Under the pieces are notes generated by a model. That model was not told the origin of the DNA. It saw nothing but the letters and a program-made list of their open reading frames with translations, and searched no databases. This document shows positions 39,438 through 53,290 of a stretch of 64,000 bases of DNA, one piece after another. Position 1 is the stretch's first letter. The number at the start of each line of letters is the position of its first letter. The translations under genes and the position numbers were made by a program. Location of the stretch: positions 53,888,911-53,952,910 of the forward strand of contig NC_068984.1 in the NCBI RefSeq assembly GCF_001194135.2. Direction: 5' to 3'. This stretch comes from Octopus bimaculoides. Lineage: Eukaryota.

Positions 39438-39599
39438 GACAGGCTTCTTTCAGTTTCCGTCTACCAAATGCACTCACAAGGCTTTGGTCGGCCCAAGGCT
39501 ATAGTAGAAGACACTTGCCCAAGGTGCCACGCAGTGGGACTGAACCCAGAACCATGTGGTTGGTAAGCAAGCTACTTACCACACAGCCACTCCTGCGCC
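39015..39599 (-). mobile_element. SINE family A full-length copy with an internal gap
   Basis: Reverse complement of the family A consensus, ending CCACTCCTGCGCC. Confidence 0.9.
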
Positions 39600-40201
39600 T
39601 ATAGGCTCAAAGCATGAAATTTTGTGGGAGGGAGCTAACTAATTATATTGATCCCAGTTCTCAATTGGTACTTATTTTATCAATACTGAAATGAGGAAAA
39701 GCAAAATTTGAACTTGGAACATAAGGCCAAAAGAAATGCTGCAAAGCACTTTATCTAGTGTGCTAACAATTCTGCTAGCTTGCTGCCTTAGCTTTAATAA
39801 TAATAATAATAATAATAATGATAATTCTTTCTGCTTTACATACAAAGCTTGAAATTTTTAGGGAGAGGGTAGTTGATTACATCAACCCCAGTGCACAACT
39901 GGTACTTCATTGACCCTGAAAGGATGAAAGAAAGTCAGCAGAATTTGAATTCAAAATGTAAAGATGGACAAAATGCTACTAAGCATTTTACCTGGCATGC
40001 TAACAATTCTACCAGCTCACTACCTTTATAATAATAATAATAATGATGATGATAATGATAATAATAATAATGATGATGATGATAAAAAATAATAATTTGT
40101 TTTATTGAGTGAGTGAAGGCAATTACATATATCATCATTCAAGTGTATCCAATAGAGGTTTACAAAAACCTTATACAGTAGGACAGTTATACAGTTATGT
40201 A

Positions 40202-41455
40202 TTGGATCATCTCATAAATAATGTGGGTTTTTTTCAATTGCATGAGCTAAAATTTAGAGGGGTACAGGATAAACTACCGGCATTGACTTGCTATAAAAGT
40301 AGGTAGTAATTTTATCTTGTGGCCTTATTCTTAGTGCAAGTTTTGAAGAGTGCAGTTCGATTTTAACAGTTATTTTTTCAAAGTTATAATGGAAGTGACA
40401 AAGGAGCATATTCTGCATATTTTGCTTTATGACTTCAATAAAGGCAACAATGCAACAGAAAGTGTGAGGAATATTAATGCAGTATATGGGGATCGAACAC
40501 TAAGCATAAGTTAGTGTCAACAGTGGTTCCAGATATTCTGAGCCAGGAACTACAGCCTTAAAGACGAGCCTCATCCTGGAAGATCTGTAGAGCTCAACAA
40601 GCACATCCTGCAAGCCCTGGTGGAACAAAATCCTATCATAACTGTTGAGGAACTAGCAGAGAAGCTTGGATTTGGTCATTCAACCATTCATCAACAACTA
40701 TGTGCCAAGTCAGCAAATTGGGTCAGTGGGTTCATCATAAACTTTCCGAGTCTAATCGTGTGCAAAGAATGAATGTGTGCTTTTCTTTGCTGTTACGTTT
40801 CATGAATGCACCTTTTTTGACAAGAAATGGGTTCTCTATAAAAATGTCAAGCACCAAAGACAGTGGGTAGGTTAAGGAGAAACACCAGCACCCCAGGCTA
40901 AAGAAGTTTTTTCACCCACATAAGGTGTTGTTATCTGTTTGGTGAGATATGAAAGGTTTAGTCCACTTTGAACTTTTAAACCTAAACCAAATGATTACAA
41001 TGGAGATCTACTGCAAACAGCTTGTGCAACTGCTAGAAGAAAATTGACCATCTTTGATTTCAAGACAAAAGATATACTCTCATCAGGATAATGCTCAGCC
41101 ACATACAGTAAGGGTGGCATTCCAAAGGCTGGAGCAGTTTGAATGGGAAATGATGCCCCACCCACCATATTCACTGGACATTGGCCCATCTGATTATCAT
41201 TTATTCCACAGTCTTCAAAATCATTTGGATGGAAAAAATATGAATTCTGTAGATGAGGTCAGAACAGTACTGGAGGAATATTTTACAACATGGACAAGTG
41301 AATTTTGGAAAAGGGGCCCTGCAAGTCTACCAGATAGGTGGAAGAGCATTGAAGAAAATGAAGAAGAGTATATTTCAGATTAAAAAAGAACATTGTTTAT
41401 CTTAATTTTGAAAAATAAAAGCTGTATAAAAAAGCCACATTATGGGATGACCCAA
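40202..41455 (+). mobile_element. Full-length, inactivated mariner (D,D34D) transposon
   Basis: TA-flanked TIRs TTGGATCATCTCATAAATAATGTGG / CCACATTATGGGATGACCCAA. N-terminus from 40389 reads MEVTKEHILHILLYDFNKG...DEPHPGR; C-terminus reads HQDNAQPH, PHPPYSLDIGPSDYHLF and LPDRW. Contains stops and frameshifts. Confidence 0.92.
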
Positions 41456-42275
41456 TATATGTATATAAAAAAGAGCTGGGTGTTTCAGGGATATTATATA
41501 AAGAAAACACGTTAAAATTTTGTGTAAAATAAGGGCAGAAATTACTTTAAATAACTGTAAAAGGAATCAGCAAGAAATAGACAAGATACTGTTTCAAAAG
41601 TGTAGATTTAGCATTTCCCACCAACGCAAGCGTGAGAACAGCTTGGCTTACATAGGCACAAGGTCACAAAGGTGTTGTAGAGGAGCACAATCAGTTGGAT
41701 CAACACTAAGAGGTATGCCATCTACATGTCTATTCTCAACCCTGGAGGGATGGAAGGTAAAGTTGACCTTGGCAGGATTTCAGCTCAAAAGATAAAGAGT
41801 TGTAACTAAATACTTGTAAGCCTATTGTCAGCTACTTTTACTTTTCTCTAACTCCACCACCCTCTGCAAATAGAAATAATGAGCCGAAACAAATGCTGTT
41901 GTTGTTCAGTTACTTGACCTACTAGAAATAGCAGTCAAATCTACCTCAAATAAAATGAAAGAACATTGGTTATGTAATGTTTGATATATTATGCTTAAAA
42001 ATAAAGAAAAATGATGTCTGCTGGATCAGGGTTAACCTATATCCATGCAACAATAGCGATAACAATGATATTTTAAATTTTGGCCATCAATTTTAGGGCA
42101 GGAGACTAGTTGATTGCATTGACCTCCGTGCTCAGCAGGTATTATTTTATCAACTCTGAATAAAATGAAAGGCAAAGTTAACCTTGGTAGAATTTGAACT
42201 CAGAATGCAAAGAACTGGAAGAATTGTCACTCTGCATATTGTTTGCAGTTCTAACAGTTCTGTCAGCTCATTGCC

Positions 42276-42313
<38 letters not shown>

Positions 42314-43267
42314 CCTTTCTACTATAGGTGCAGGCACAAAGTCTGAAACTTTTGGAGAGGGGGCTAGATTATTTCATTGACCCCAGTGCTTGACTGGTAC
42401 TTATTTAATTGACACTTAAGGTAGTGAAGTGACAGAAACATTAGCGCATATGACAAAATGCTTAGCAGCATTTCTTTTAGCTCTTTATCTCTTTATGTTC
42501 TAAGTTCACTTGCTACTGAAGTCAAGTTTGCCTTTCATCTTTTCAGGGTCAATAAAGTAAAGTACCAGTCAAGTACTGGGATCAATGTAATTGATGTACC
42601 TTCACCCACTAAAAATTGTTGGCCTTCTGCCAAAGTGTGAAACTATTATATAACTTCTTGTCTTCTTTTATAATTTCCATAAAACATAGCTAACACTAGT
42701 CTGTGTAAATATCTAATAAGTTGCACAAATTAGATGAGACATTACAAGAAAATTTTGGATAATAACCACTGTGTGAAATTAGCTTGTTTAATTAAAATAA
42801 TCTCTCTTTCTCCTTCTCTCCAAAACTTGCCAGGATATTTTTAAAATGCCATTCAGTGAAAGAAGGCACTGGGTGATAAAGTTGAGAACCACTGCTCCAG
42901 ACAAACCCAAACTTATTTCTAACTTTATTGAAGAATAATTCTCTCACAATAGCTACTGGCAAAGGTATTACTTTTAACAAAAGAAAGAAAAAGAAAATAC
43001 CCTATAAGGAAGCCAAGTTGCTTGGCTACTAGAAATAGCAGCAAAATCTCACTCAAACTTCCTCCTTGTGTCAAAAATAAAACCAAAAAACAGGGGCTAG
43101 TACTCGGTATGTAAGTCTTTCTACTATAGGCAGAAGACCTGAAATTTTGGGAAAGTGGGCTAGTCAATTACATCAATCTCAGTGCTTGGCTGGCACTAAT
43201 TTCATTGACTCCCTGTCCAAAGGATGAAAGGCATATTCCACTTTTGTGAAATTTGAATTTTTTTTTT

Positions 43268-43299
<32 letters not shown>

Positions 43300-43309
43300 N
43301 NNNNNNNNN

Positions 43310-43353
<44 letters not shown>

Positions 43354-45025
43354 TATATCTATATATTATGTAGTTGAGTAGTATATCCTTGGTTATGTCA
43401 TATAATTGGTTAGAAAGTTGGCATTGGTTTCACAGGAATATAGGCAAGTCATCAGACCTGCTGGCTGGAAGCACTTAGTGTCTTTTACTACTAGAGGTAA
43501 ATGTACAGTTAGTTTGATAGTAAAAAAAAAATCCTTTTGTGAGAGGGAAAAATGAGTTACTTCCCCTTGAAGCCCTTGAGTAATTCCAACTGTAGCTGAA
43601 ATGGGTCAGTTTGTGTACTTTTTTCTGTTTTCTACTCTGCAAACACCAGGTTTCCTAAACAAATTTTCTGTTGCGAAGGTATTGGCTAAAAACTTCACTG
43701 TTTGAATTCAAGAAGATACCTGGATTGTACAAATTTTTTAGGACCATTTCCTCTCAGCCAAGCAAAGTTTGCACTGTTTGTTTCCATTGAAGTATTATGA
43801 AGGTTATTGCAGCATCTGCCACTTAATTTCATATGGAAACTCCTTCATTTAATTGCCACATATAGCTGGTTAATGTTGTAATGTTGCCCCTCTCTGGGAT
43901 CCTAAAAAAGGACCTATGGTTAATTAGCCTAACATTAAATGGGCCCTCTGTTGTCCCACTGTATTTCTATGTGTGTCTTTTTGTTATTGTTGCTATTGCT
44001 GCTGTTGCTAATTTTGGACACCACTTATGCTTTGTTGCCTACTGCCTCAGTGTTTTATTGACCATTCACCGAGTACCCCATGCATACATACTTACATGTA
44101 TAACAGTCTACTTCTTTATTTTTTAATNNNNNNNNNNNNNNNNNNNNNNNNNNNNNNNNNNNNNNNNNNNNNNNNNNNNNNNNNNNNNNNNNNNNNNNNN
44201 NNNNNNNNNNNNNNNNNNNNNNNNNNNNNNNNNNNNNNNNNNNNNNNNNNNNNNNNNNNNNNNNNNNNNNNNNNNNNNNNNNNNNNNNNNNNNNNNNNNN
44301 NNNNNNNNNNNNNNNNNNNNNNNNNNNNNNNNNNNNNNNNNNNNNNNNNNNNNNNATTTCTTAAGTTTAGTACTTATTCAGTCAGTCTCTTTTGCCAAAA
44401 TGCTATGTTATGGGGACATAAACACACCAACACTGGTTGGCAAGCAGTAGTGGGGGACAAACAGACATGAAGACGCATGCACACACACACACACACACAC
44501 ACACACAATGTACTTCTTTCAGTTTCTGCCAACTAAATCCACTCTGGTCAGCCTGAGGCTATAGCAGTAGACACTTGGGACTGAACCCAGAATCATATGG
44601 TTGGGAAGCAAGCTTCTTACCACACAGCTGTGCATTCTTTGTTTCTGTGTTGGAGACTTTCTTTTCCTTTTGGGGAGAAATTTGAACAATAAATCAGAAT
44701 ACACTTAAATAATTTATTTTTAATACATAAATTTACAGATAGATAGATAGAGATAGATAGATAGATAGAGAGAGAGAGTAAAACCTCAATTAATTTGGTT
44801 ACTTAGTTCTGTGAAAAAGCTGTGCTATTTGAAACTAAGAACTGTCAAAATACTTGGTTGAAGTTTTCTAATGTATTTTCTTACTATATTTCAAAAATAA
44901 TATGAAAATAAAGGATAGTGAAAATGCATTCACAATTCAATAGTTCATAGAAATGAAACAGTATGCTTTACTCTGGTGTACATAAAAAAACAAAGAGAGA
45001 GGGAGAGAAGTATATTTTTACAAAT

Positions 45026-45265
45026 ATGCCACGGGCATATGGCGTAGTGGTTAAGAGCGCGGGCTACTAACCCCAAGATTCCGAGTTTGATTCCAGGCAG
45101 TGACCTGAATAATAATAATAATAAGAGGGAAAAATACCTTAGGAATGTTAACCCCGGTTCGAAATTTCCCCAAGACACCTGATGAAGGCTGGAGGGTATA
45201 TCAGTCGAAATGTGTTAACAATAAACATGATGAGGACAAATATCTGTCAAATGTAAATAGTGTAC
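45026..45265 (+). mobile_element. tRNA-headed SINE-like element with a hammerhead-like 3' module
   Basis: A box TGGCGTAGTGG (45040-50), B box GTTTGATTCC (45085-94), (AAT)n spacer, then GACAC-CTGATGA-A-GGCTG[10 nt]CAGTC-GAAA-T-GTGTT (45174-45216). Confidence 0.75.
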
Positions 45266-45981
45266 ATTAACATTAGTGTCATCAACTGTTAAGCTATCAT
45301 TTCTAAATTCAGATTGCAGTTTTCCTTTCTCTAGTGAAATAGTTTTTACAAGCTATTTTTTCGAGAATAGCCTTGTTCATCAACATTATTTGTTGATTGT
45401 CATAATATTCTTTGAGTATCTTTTACAAAACAGAATATTTTTCTGTTGCATTTTTGCCTACACATTTAACCCCATAAACATTGCAAATTCCTATTTGAGT
45501 TTTGAATTCATCAGATCAACCAGAACTAGCTGTATACACTTTTTTCAATTTCTGCTGAAATCTCATTTTCTTTTGATAATTTTTGTTTTTAATTGTAGAG
45601 AAAATGCTTAAAGTTTTCATTTTCATATTCATGATATTTAGGAGAATTCAGGTTTGGTTGTGTTCTTCCAAAAAACAAAACAGATACTCCAATCATGTCT
45701 CTGCCTCCATTTCTTATTGTTTGCATACCTAAAGTGGATGAAATTTTATTTTGTTTTGTTTTCGTTTCTTTTTCAATATTAATCATGTTCCTTATAATTG
45801 TTGGTATTGCTGTTTCATTCATTCACAAGTCTTACCCTGTTTTTATAATTGCCAATTTTTTTTGCCTACAGCCAACACTTCACTCTTCTTAATACCAGAA
45901 TTTTTCTCTGTCTCTCTTTCTTTTATCTAAATTGTTGGGATTATGTATTGTATTTTGGTGATATATTCGTTTCTATTCCAG

Positions 45982-46139
45982 GCAGAAGGCCTGATATTTT
46001 TGTGATAAATTATCATACAAATGGAGGTCAGGCCCCTCACTTTATATTAAGAAAGCTGCAAAGACAAACAAGGCAGGAAGTTACAATTCAAATAGCAGGA
46101 ACCACTGTACAACAGCTGTTGCTGAATCTGTTTCTCTGA
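45982..46139 (+). other. Weak candidate coding exon of unknown identity
   Basis: Acceptor TTCGTTTCTATTCCAG after an AG-free tract of about 80 nt. The only open frame is (G)RRPDIFVINYHTNGGQAPH...LNLFL*. No homology recognised. Confidence 0.2.
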
Positions 46140-46289
46140 TTTGTTGTTTAGTCTAGTCATATAGTCTTTCTGAAGTTTCTCTCTGCTATGTTTTTTATAC
46201 TGTGCATAAGGGCTGTCAATTTATAAACCATGCTAATTAGAAAGCCATGCTGTTTGAAGGGTTAATTTGTGTGTGTGCATTCATGCAGG

Positions 46290-46333
<44 letters not shown>

Positions 46334-48519
46334 CATATCCACACACATACACACTCGTTCACACTCTCACATTCACACACACTCTCTCTCTCACACATAC
46401 TCACTTTCTCTTGCTCACATACAGAGGGAGGGAGAGGGTGAGAAAGAGAGAGAGAGAAATAAAGTTTGTTTTTTAGTTCTTCCATGCTACTGTGGGTTGT
46501 AAAAATTCTTATTAAGGTATATATTTTTTGCCTGATGCCTTTCCTATTGCTAAACCTTGTCTATTTTTCCAGCAAAGGATCTTTTTTTTATTCTACATAT
46601 CTTTGTAAGTGCAGCACTCCAGGATGAACTAGTTAGCAGGGAATGTCAATGTAACAATCATTATTTTTGCTCAATGGCTTCATGTGAAGAAGTGGAGTGT
46701 AAGCATTCACACACACACACACACGCACACGCACGCGCACGCGCGTGCGCGCATGTACTTGTACATACATCCACACATATGGTGACTGTCAACTCATAGA
46801 TGAGTATGACTATCACCCTCAGATTATCTTACTGTAGATGTTAAAGACAACAGCTGTCATCAATGCCTGGACTAAGATTTAAAGTCGATACCGACTTTGC
46901 AACACTGCCACGACTCTGGCCAACAAAACCAAGTAGTCCAGAAACAAGTAAGAGCAAGATCTCAGGTTTTGCAGTGAGGCAATTGTTAGTTTTGAATTTT
47001 TTTTTCTCCTAGAGATGTCTAAAGAAGGACTACAGGTCTCTAACTTCTTTGTTGGATGGTCATTTACTTTTCTGAGTTCATTCACTCTTTGATAGGTTTT
47101 GTTTTTCATGCTGCAATATGTCCAACAAGAACAACCCTCCTTATCAAGTAGGCTTGGTTGGGTGGCCAGTTTTGTCACCAATGACCCGACCATGTGACTC
47201 ATTGTCCTGGGTTACATGTTATCAGTAGTACTGAGTGGGACCTGACAGAATGTACCTATGTACAACCATACATACATATGTATGTATGGGATGGGTTTCC
47301 ATTCAGTTTCCACCCAGCAGTTCTACTCACAGATATTGGCCAACCTGATGTTATATGTGAAAAATACTTGCCTAAAGTAGCTTGCATTGAGATGCTATTT
47401 GAAACCATGTGGTTGTGTGGATTTTGTATCCACACTGGTATGTAACTATGCCTGTGCTATACACCCACAAACACACAGATACTTCACCTGCAAATTTACA
47501 TGCACATACACACAAATGGGAAATGAATTGCCTTACTCAATAGTACAATGTACTGCTTGGTTCAAGAATGGAACTCACAACTTAATGCCACATGTCTTTA
47601 TGTGATCCTTATTGTGTATTATCTTAACCCCCCCCCCTCTCTTTCTCTTGTGTGTGCAAATTACAAACATAGATATGTGTGTGAGTTGATAATAAATATC
47701 ACATTGTTTTATTGATGAGTTACTAAATTATGAGAAAGTCATGTGTTCTTCAATAAATAATAAAAGGTGACTTTTAAGGTATATTTGATATGTTATAATG
47801 TCATTGAAGTATGACTGCTGCTATCATCAAAGTATAAGCATATGTTATTTGTGTAACTGATAGTTTATGTAACTTCTTAGTTACATGAATAAAAGATACA
47901 TTTAAACATTATTTTATTGGTTTGGTTAGGAAGAAGTGTTTGTGTCCATGACTTTTGCAGGCCCTTTGAGGCTGATGATGCTGACATGGCTACTGTTCTT
48001 CCTGAATGGTTGATAGCTACATAAAATATCTACTGGATAGAATTCCAATGGATTGATGTCTCATGAAGAAAGAACTAGGCTTAGTAGTTATTATGAGGCA
48101 AAGAGGAATGGTGGTGGATACACCATGTATGATGAGAGAAGGAGGAGGAGAGAAAAGTGAGTTGGTAATACATGACGTTTTGATGATAAATGACAAGGCA
48201 TCTGTAAGAAACAACAGCTACTGTAGTAGTGGTAGGATAGAGAAAGGATACAAACTTGACCATCATGCTTGTAAGTGTGTATGTATATGTGGTGTCAGTG
48301 GATGGTCAATGAAACGCTGAAGTAGTAGTCAACAAAACAGATATGTTGTCCAACAGTAGCAGCAGTAACTACAATAACAAAAAGACACGCACAGAAATAT
48401 GTTGGAACCTGTGGGCCATAGGTTAGAATGTGATGGTGAATGACTAATAACTTCATGCGCTAGTCAGTTGAATGTCCTTTATTTGGATGAAGTGTTGGAT
48501 GTCTGTGTATGTAGCAGCA

Positions 48520-49200
48520 GAAGTACTGTGCCAGATGTGGAATCAGTACTTCACTTAGGATCTTTCTGAAACTTTGTAGCAGATTATAAGTAACTAGGAG
48601 AGGGTGGAATTATTTTATAACTCTGAAGAGAAAAACCTGTCTTTCTCACACAGTTTTGGTTATGTTGACAAAGTATGTTTGACAGGAGAGATCCTTAGTG
48701 ATGGTGAGGGCTTAGCATTTGCAGTGAGTGACTTTGAGGCTTCTAGTTGTATGCTGTTCATGTTCAGTGAGAGTGATAATGTTTTCTTGATAGGTGTAAT
48801 GACTGTGTCTCAGCTGTTGAAGATGTGACTTGATATGACCACAATTAGATAATATTTTCAAAGTTGCTATTGATGGCATCAGTGCAGAGTTGTTATTAGG
48901 TGTCTAGGTTGCATACAAATGACACTTGGGTGTGGAAGCTTAGGGAGAATGAAGGGTAGTATCATCTGCATGCGACTCAGTGTCATAGAAAATGGTGACA
49001 AAAAGTTTCTGGAGGAAGAGTGTGGAATACACAACCAAACAAAGGAACAATTCAGTGTTGATAGAATGTGGGTAAGAGAGAGCTCTATCAGCACTTGACC
49101 TGACAAGAAGACACCGACTTTAAAGATGTGGGGTGAATGGAACTCATAGATAGGATGCTTAAGAATAGGAGCTAATATAGGCTTTTGAAAGGCACTCATA
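48520..49200 (-). pseudogene. Decayed CR1/L2-like endonuclease remnant
   Basis: The - translation ...FVWLCIPHSS...PSVICM resembles the APE-domain stretch before GDFN. Heavily mutated. Confidence 0.35.
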
Positions 49201-51498
49201 GATCAGAAGGTAATGTTAAACTGACAGGTGCGATATGTCCTTTCTCACCGCATAAAAATGGATGTTCACCAACAAAGCATCTTGAGATCAGCATACCTCA
49301 CTTTTTCCTATGTTTTCTTATATCTTCCTCTTTTACAGATTCCTTGCATATGGGATTACTTGACACTTCTTAACTCAGCATTTTCTGTATGCATCACATA
49401 TCTGAAACAGTGCAATTTTTTCTTTTGCTGGCTGCATCTGACAGCTCTTAATAACCAGCTTTTCTCTCAACTCATTTGTGCTGTCATTCATGCATACTAA
49501 CATTTTACAATTACTATTCTAGTGAAGCAGGTTTTATCTTATTTCTTTGCCATATTTTAAATATCCTCTGCATTCACTGCTCATATTTCATTCTCATGCA
49601 ACATTGCTCTTCATTCACAAGTGTCATATGATCTGTGCTTCACTCAAGTGAGTAAATTGCTTTGTTGCTTGCAGAGGTAGTAGCTACTTAAACATTTTTT
49701 ACCCTATTCTTTCACTGGCTTCCATGCTTCTGGAGCATAAACCTCCACTGCTTATTAGATAGCCTAAGTAACAGAAACTATCAACTAATTTTAGGGTGTT
49801 TTCTGAACATTTCATAGGTGCTCTTACTACTTACTATTTCAGTGCATCTTCTAAATACAAAGTTTTCCTTCTCTTCTCACCTTGCTGTGACCCTTTTATA
49901 CCTCTTGTGTACATATTTACTGAAGGAGGAACATTTGAAACATAAATGTAGTAAAGCAAATCAATACATCTCAATCTAGAGCACTCAGAGGCATCACATT
50001 TGGCCAACACAAAGAAACAACTACACTATGTAGTTTATAAGTTATATAGGTCAATATCATGATTATATAATTCTACCTGGTTCCCCCAAACTATGCAGAA
50101 TAAAGAACATTAAATAATGCATTTTGCATCAATCTAAGATGCGACAAGCTAATTCAAACCAAACTACACAAAATGAAATGCCATATGGAGATGTGATGGA
50201 TATGATTCATACCTGCAGCAAGTTCCAGCCTCTGTTACTTCATGTTCAGTCACCCAGACACATCCACCACACACCAGGGTGCTGCTACAATCCCTTCCTA
50301 AATGCCCTATCCTTCACACTAACTCCAGGTAAACATATGTCTGAAGCTCTGGATTTGTAGATCATTTAACTATATACCTATGTGCCTTAGGCATGTCTAG
50401 TCAGGGCTGACTAGAGCCATGCAACAAGTTATCAATTATTACAGGGCATAAGGCAGTGAACTGGCAGAATTGTCAGCACACTGGGTAAAATGCTTAGCAG
50501 CATTTTGTTCATCTTTATGTTCTGAGTTCAAATTCTGCTAAAGTTGACTTTGCGTTTCATCCTTTCAGGGTTAATAAAACAAGTATCACTTGATCACTGA
50601 AGTCGATGTAATTGACTTACCCATCCTCTGAACTTGCTGGTCTTGTGTCAAAATTTGAAATCAATTATTACAATGATCCATTTCTTTAATGGTAAAGTTG
50701 TTCTAATCATCCAATGCTTATTTTCTGCTGATGAGATAGGTTATCTGAGAGTCTTGATCATGGACAGAATGTAATATCAACAACAAAATATAGACCACTG
50801 ACCTCCATCAACATATCTATCTACATTCTTGTCTCATGTATATGGCTTATAAAATGAAGTTTGTCTAGTATAGATAACATAGCATAATCTGTAAGATAGC
50901 CTTCTGGTTACAGTACACTTTTATTGAATGGAGAATTCTGTCTAGTGTTTTTGCTTCAATTTTTTTTAATTAAAAAAAAAACGTTTCGATAAACCAGAAT
51001 TACAGGATAATGAGTAATCAAAGTAGTTAAAAAAATGTTTAAATCTGGAATTAACATTCAAATCAATATTTGACTAAAGTTATATAAAAAAAAAAAAAAT
51101 AATAACTGTCATTCAAATTTGAATCAATAAAAAATTTCAGCTTTTCACAAAATACATTTGAATTTTGCATGAATTTTAATCACATGAGCTTCTGTTGATA
51201 AATATATTCACTAGAATTGTTAGGCTAATAATCGTAATTTGTGTCAATATGAATTGGATTGCTAATGTATACATACATACACAAAAGATCTTGTACCTTG
51301 AGATGCTGTAGATATTATTTTGCATAAAGCCTAATCATGATGTTCAGTCATATTTTGTTTTGATACACAGACAAAAGCTGGTAAAAACTGATGCCCATAT
51401 CTGACCACTGAAGTTAGCCTGTCAAACAGGTCATTTTCTGAGATTGGTAACTGTTGTGCCGAGAGTCATTGACACTCCTGTGGGATTGGAAGAATGGA

Positions 51499-51529
<31 letters not shown>

Positions 51530-51534
<5 letters not shown>

Positions 51535-51640
51535 TAGAGACAGCTGATGAAGGGATATTCCAAGTGGCTTTCCGTTTTCCTATGTGTTCGTTCCGTTGTC
51601 TGTAGTTTATTGTTCTAACGTCCTGTACCCTGATATGCAT
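51530..51640. mobile_element. Short TA-embedded repeat carrying GACAGCTGATGAAGGG (Penelope-terminus-like fragment)
   Basis: Shares GACAG..CTGATGAAGGG and GTCCTGTACCC..ATATGCATG with the arms at 60140-61055. Confidence 0.5.
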
Positions 51641-51703
51641 GTATATACACATGTAGATGTATGTACATATATGTGTGTATACATGTATATATATTCTTTG
51701 TAT

Positions 51704-51737
<34 letters not shown>

Positions 51738-52282
51738 TACATACACATATATACACAGACATACATATACACATGTACACACAAGAAAAAACATACTCTC
51801 CCCTACCTATATATGCATACTTACACACATACATATACATGTATATATACACTCAAACAATGCATACTCCTAGATACAGACACAATACACATATTCATTT
51901 ATACATGCAAAGCCCTATACCTACACATACTTACATGCACAGAAATAGGTTTACAATTGTTTGTACTTATATGTATGCATACACATATGCACAGATATAC
52001 ACATACAAGTATACATTCAAATATATATCTGCACATGCAGCATACATGCATATATTTGTACATACATGCATACATTCAAAAGTATATGCAAGTGTCTATC
52101 TGGAAAAAGTAAATCGCATACTAGTTAGTGTGGGAAGAACCAGGGCATAAAGTGCAATGGTGCGATATGGCAAACATTATATGGTGACCATGTACAGGAA
52201 GGTGTTGATAATAGGAATATTGTTATTACAATACAAATAAGGAGGGGCATTGGTGGTGCTAGTGGGGGTTAAATAACTAGTA

Positions 52283-53290
52283 CTAATAATATTTTGAAGT
52301 GTGCTTGGTTTTGTGAAGGCAAGAAACATTTCTCTCCTTAAGAGAAATCACAAGCAGAAGGTTGGCTTTAATCATGAAGAAAACTTCGTTTACACATAAC
52401 ATACATTTTCTATTCTTTGTACTATATGCTGGTGCTGTTGTTAAAATCTCCCAATGTAGGTTATACTCAATTCCCTTATCCTTAAGTTCCCATATGTAGT
52501 TGCTCAATCCCGTTGAATTTCTCCTATTTCTGTCCCCAATTTCCGCGATTGCTGTTAGGATTTATAGATATGTTGTCTATTTTCATACTATCCTTATTAT
52601 TGGTGTCATTACTTCTATTATTATTATTATTTTTATTATTATTATTTGTGTTAAAGGCATTATTATAGTTCCTGGTATTAGTCCTATCCCTACTATTGAC
52701 TGTATTATTATTCTTATTGTTATTAATGTGTTTATCAAAGATCTCTTCATTAGAGGAAAGGTTTGAGATCCTTTTACTTAGATTTTGTAGAAGGGCTCTT
52801 TTTATTTGCTGAGGATGGTTACTAGAATTATAAATATATCTTAAGGTAGAGTTTTCTTTCATATAAGGCTCATGGAATCCCATGTTTAAGTTGCAATTTA
52901 TGTCTAAATGGTTGATTGAGTAGTTTTCATTTTCTATAGTTATGGATAGGCCAAACCTATTAAAAAATTTATGTAAATGTTTCTTAAATAGTTCAATGTG
53001 TCTATTTGAATAATTCCTAACTAAAAATAGTACATCATCCCTATATAGACCTCCACTCAATTCTAGGAATTCTCTACTTATATTATCCAAGATGTATAAT
53101 CCTACTAGGTCCATCGCTTCGCTGAGTCTGGTGAGCCCATTGTAATATCAAAGAGTTCAGGTGTGTCTTTTCTGGCCCATAGTTTGTTATCAAATTCTAT
53201 AGCAGTCTTTTGGACAGTAAGTATCACGTTTATCTCTCTCATATTTAGGTTAGTATATCTACATTGGGAGATTTTAACAACAGCACCAGC

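Noticed and set aside
45038-45110. Possible tRNA gene
   Set aside because: A and B boxes are present but no acceptor stem closes. It is a SINE head, also found at 5200.
51584-52150. 188-aa and 151-aa His/Thr/Tyr/Ile-rich ORFs (also the ORFs at 15.3-15.8, 21.5-21.9 and 57.5-58.1 kb)
   Set aside because: They are translations of (TA)n/(CA)n repeats or run through N gaps.
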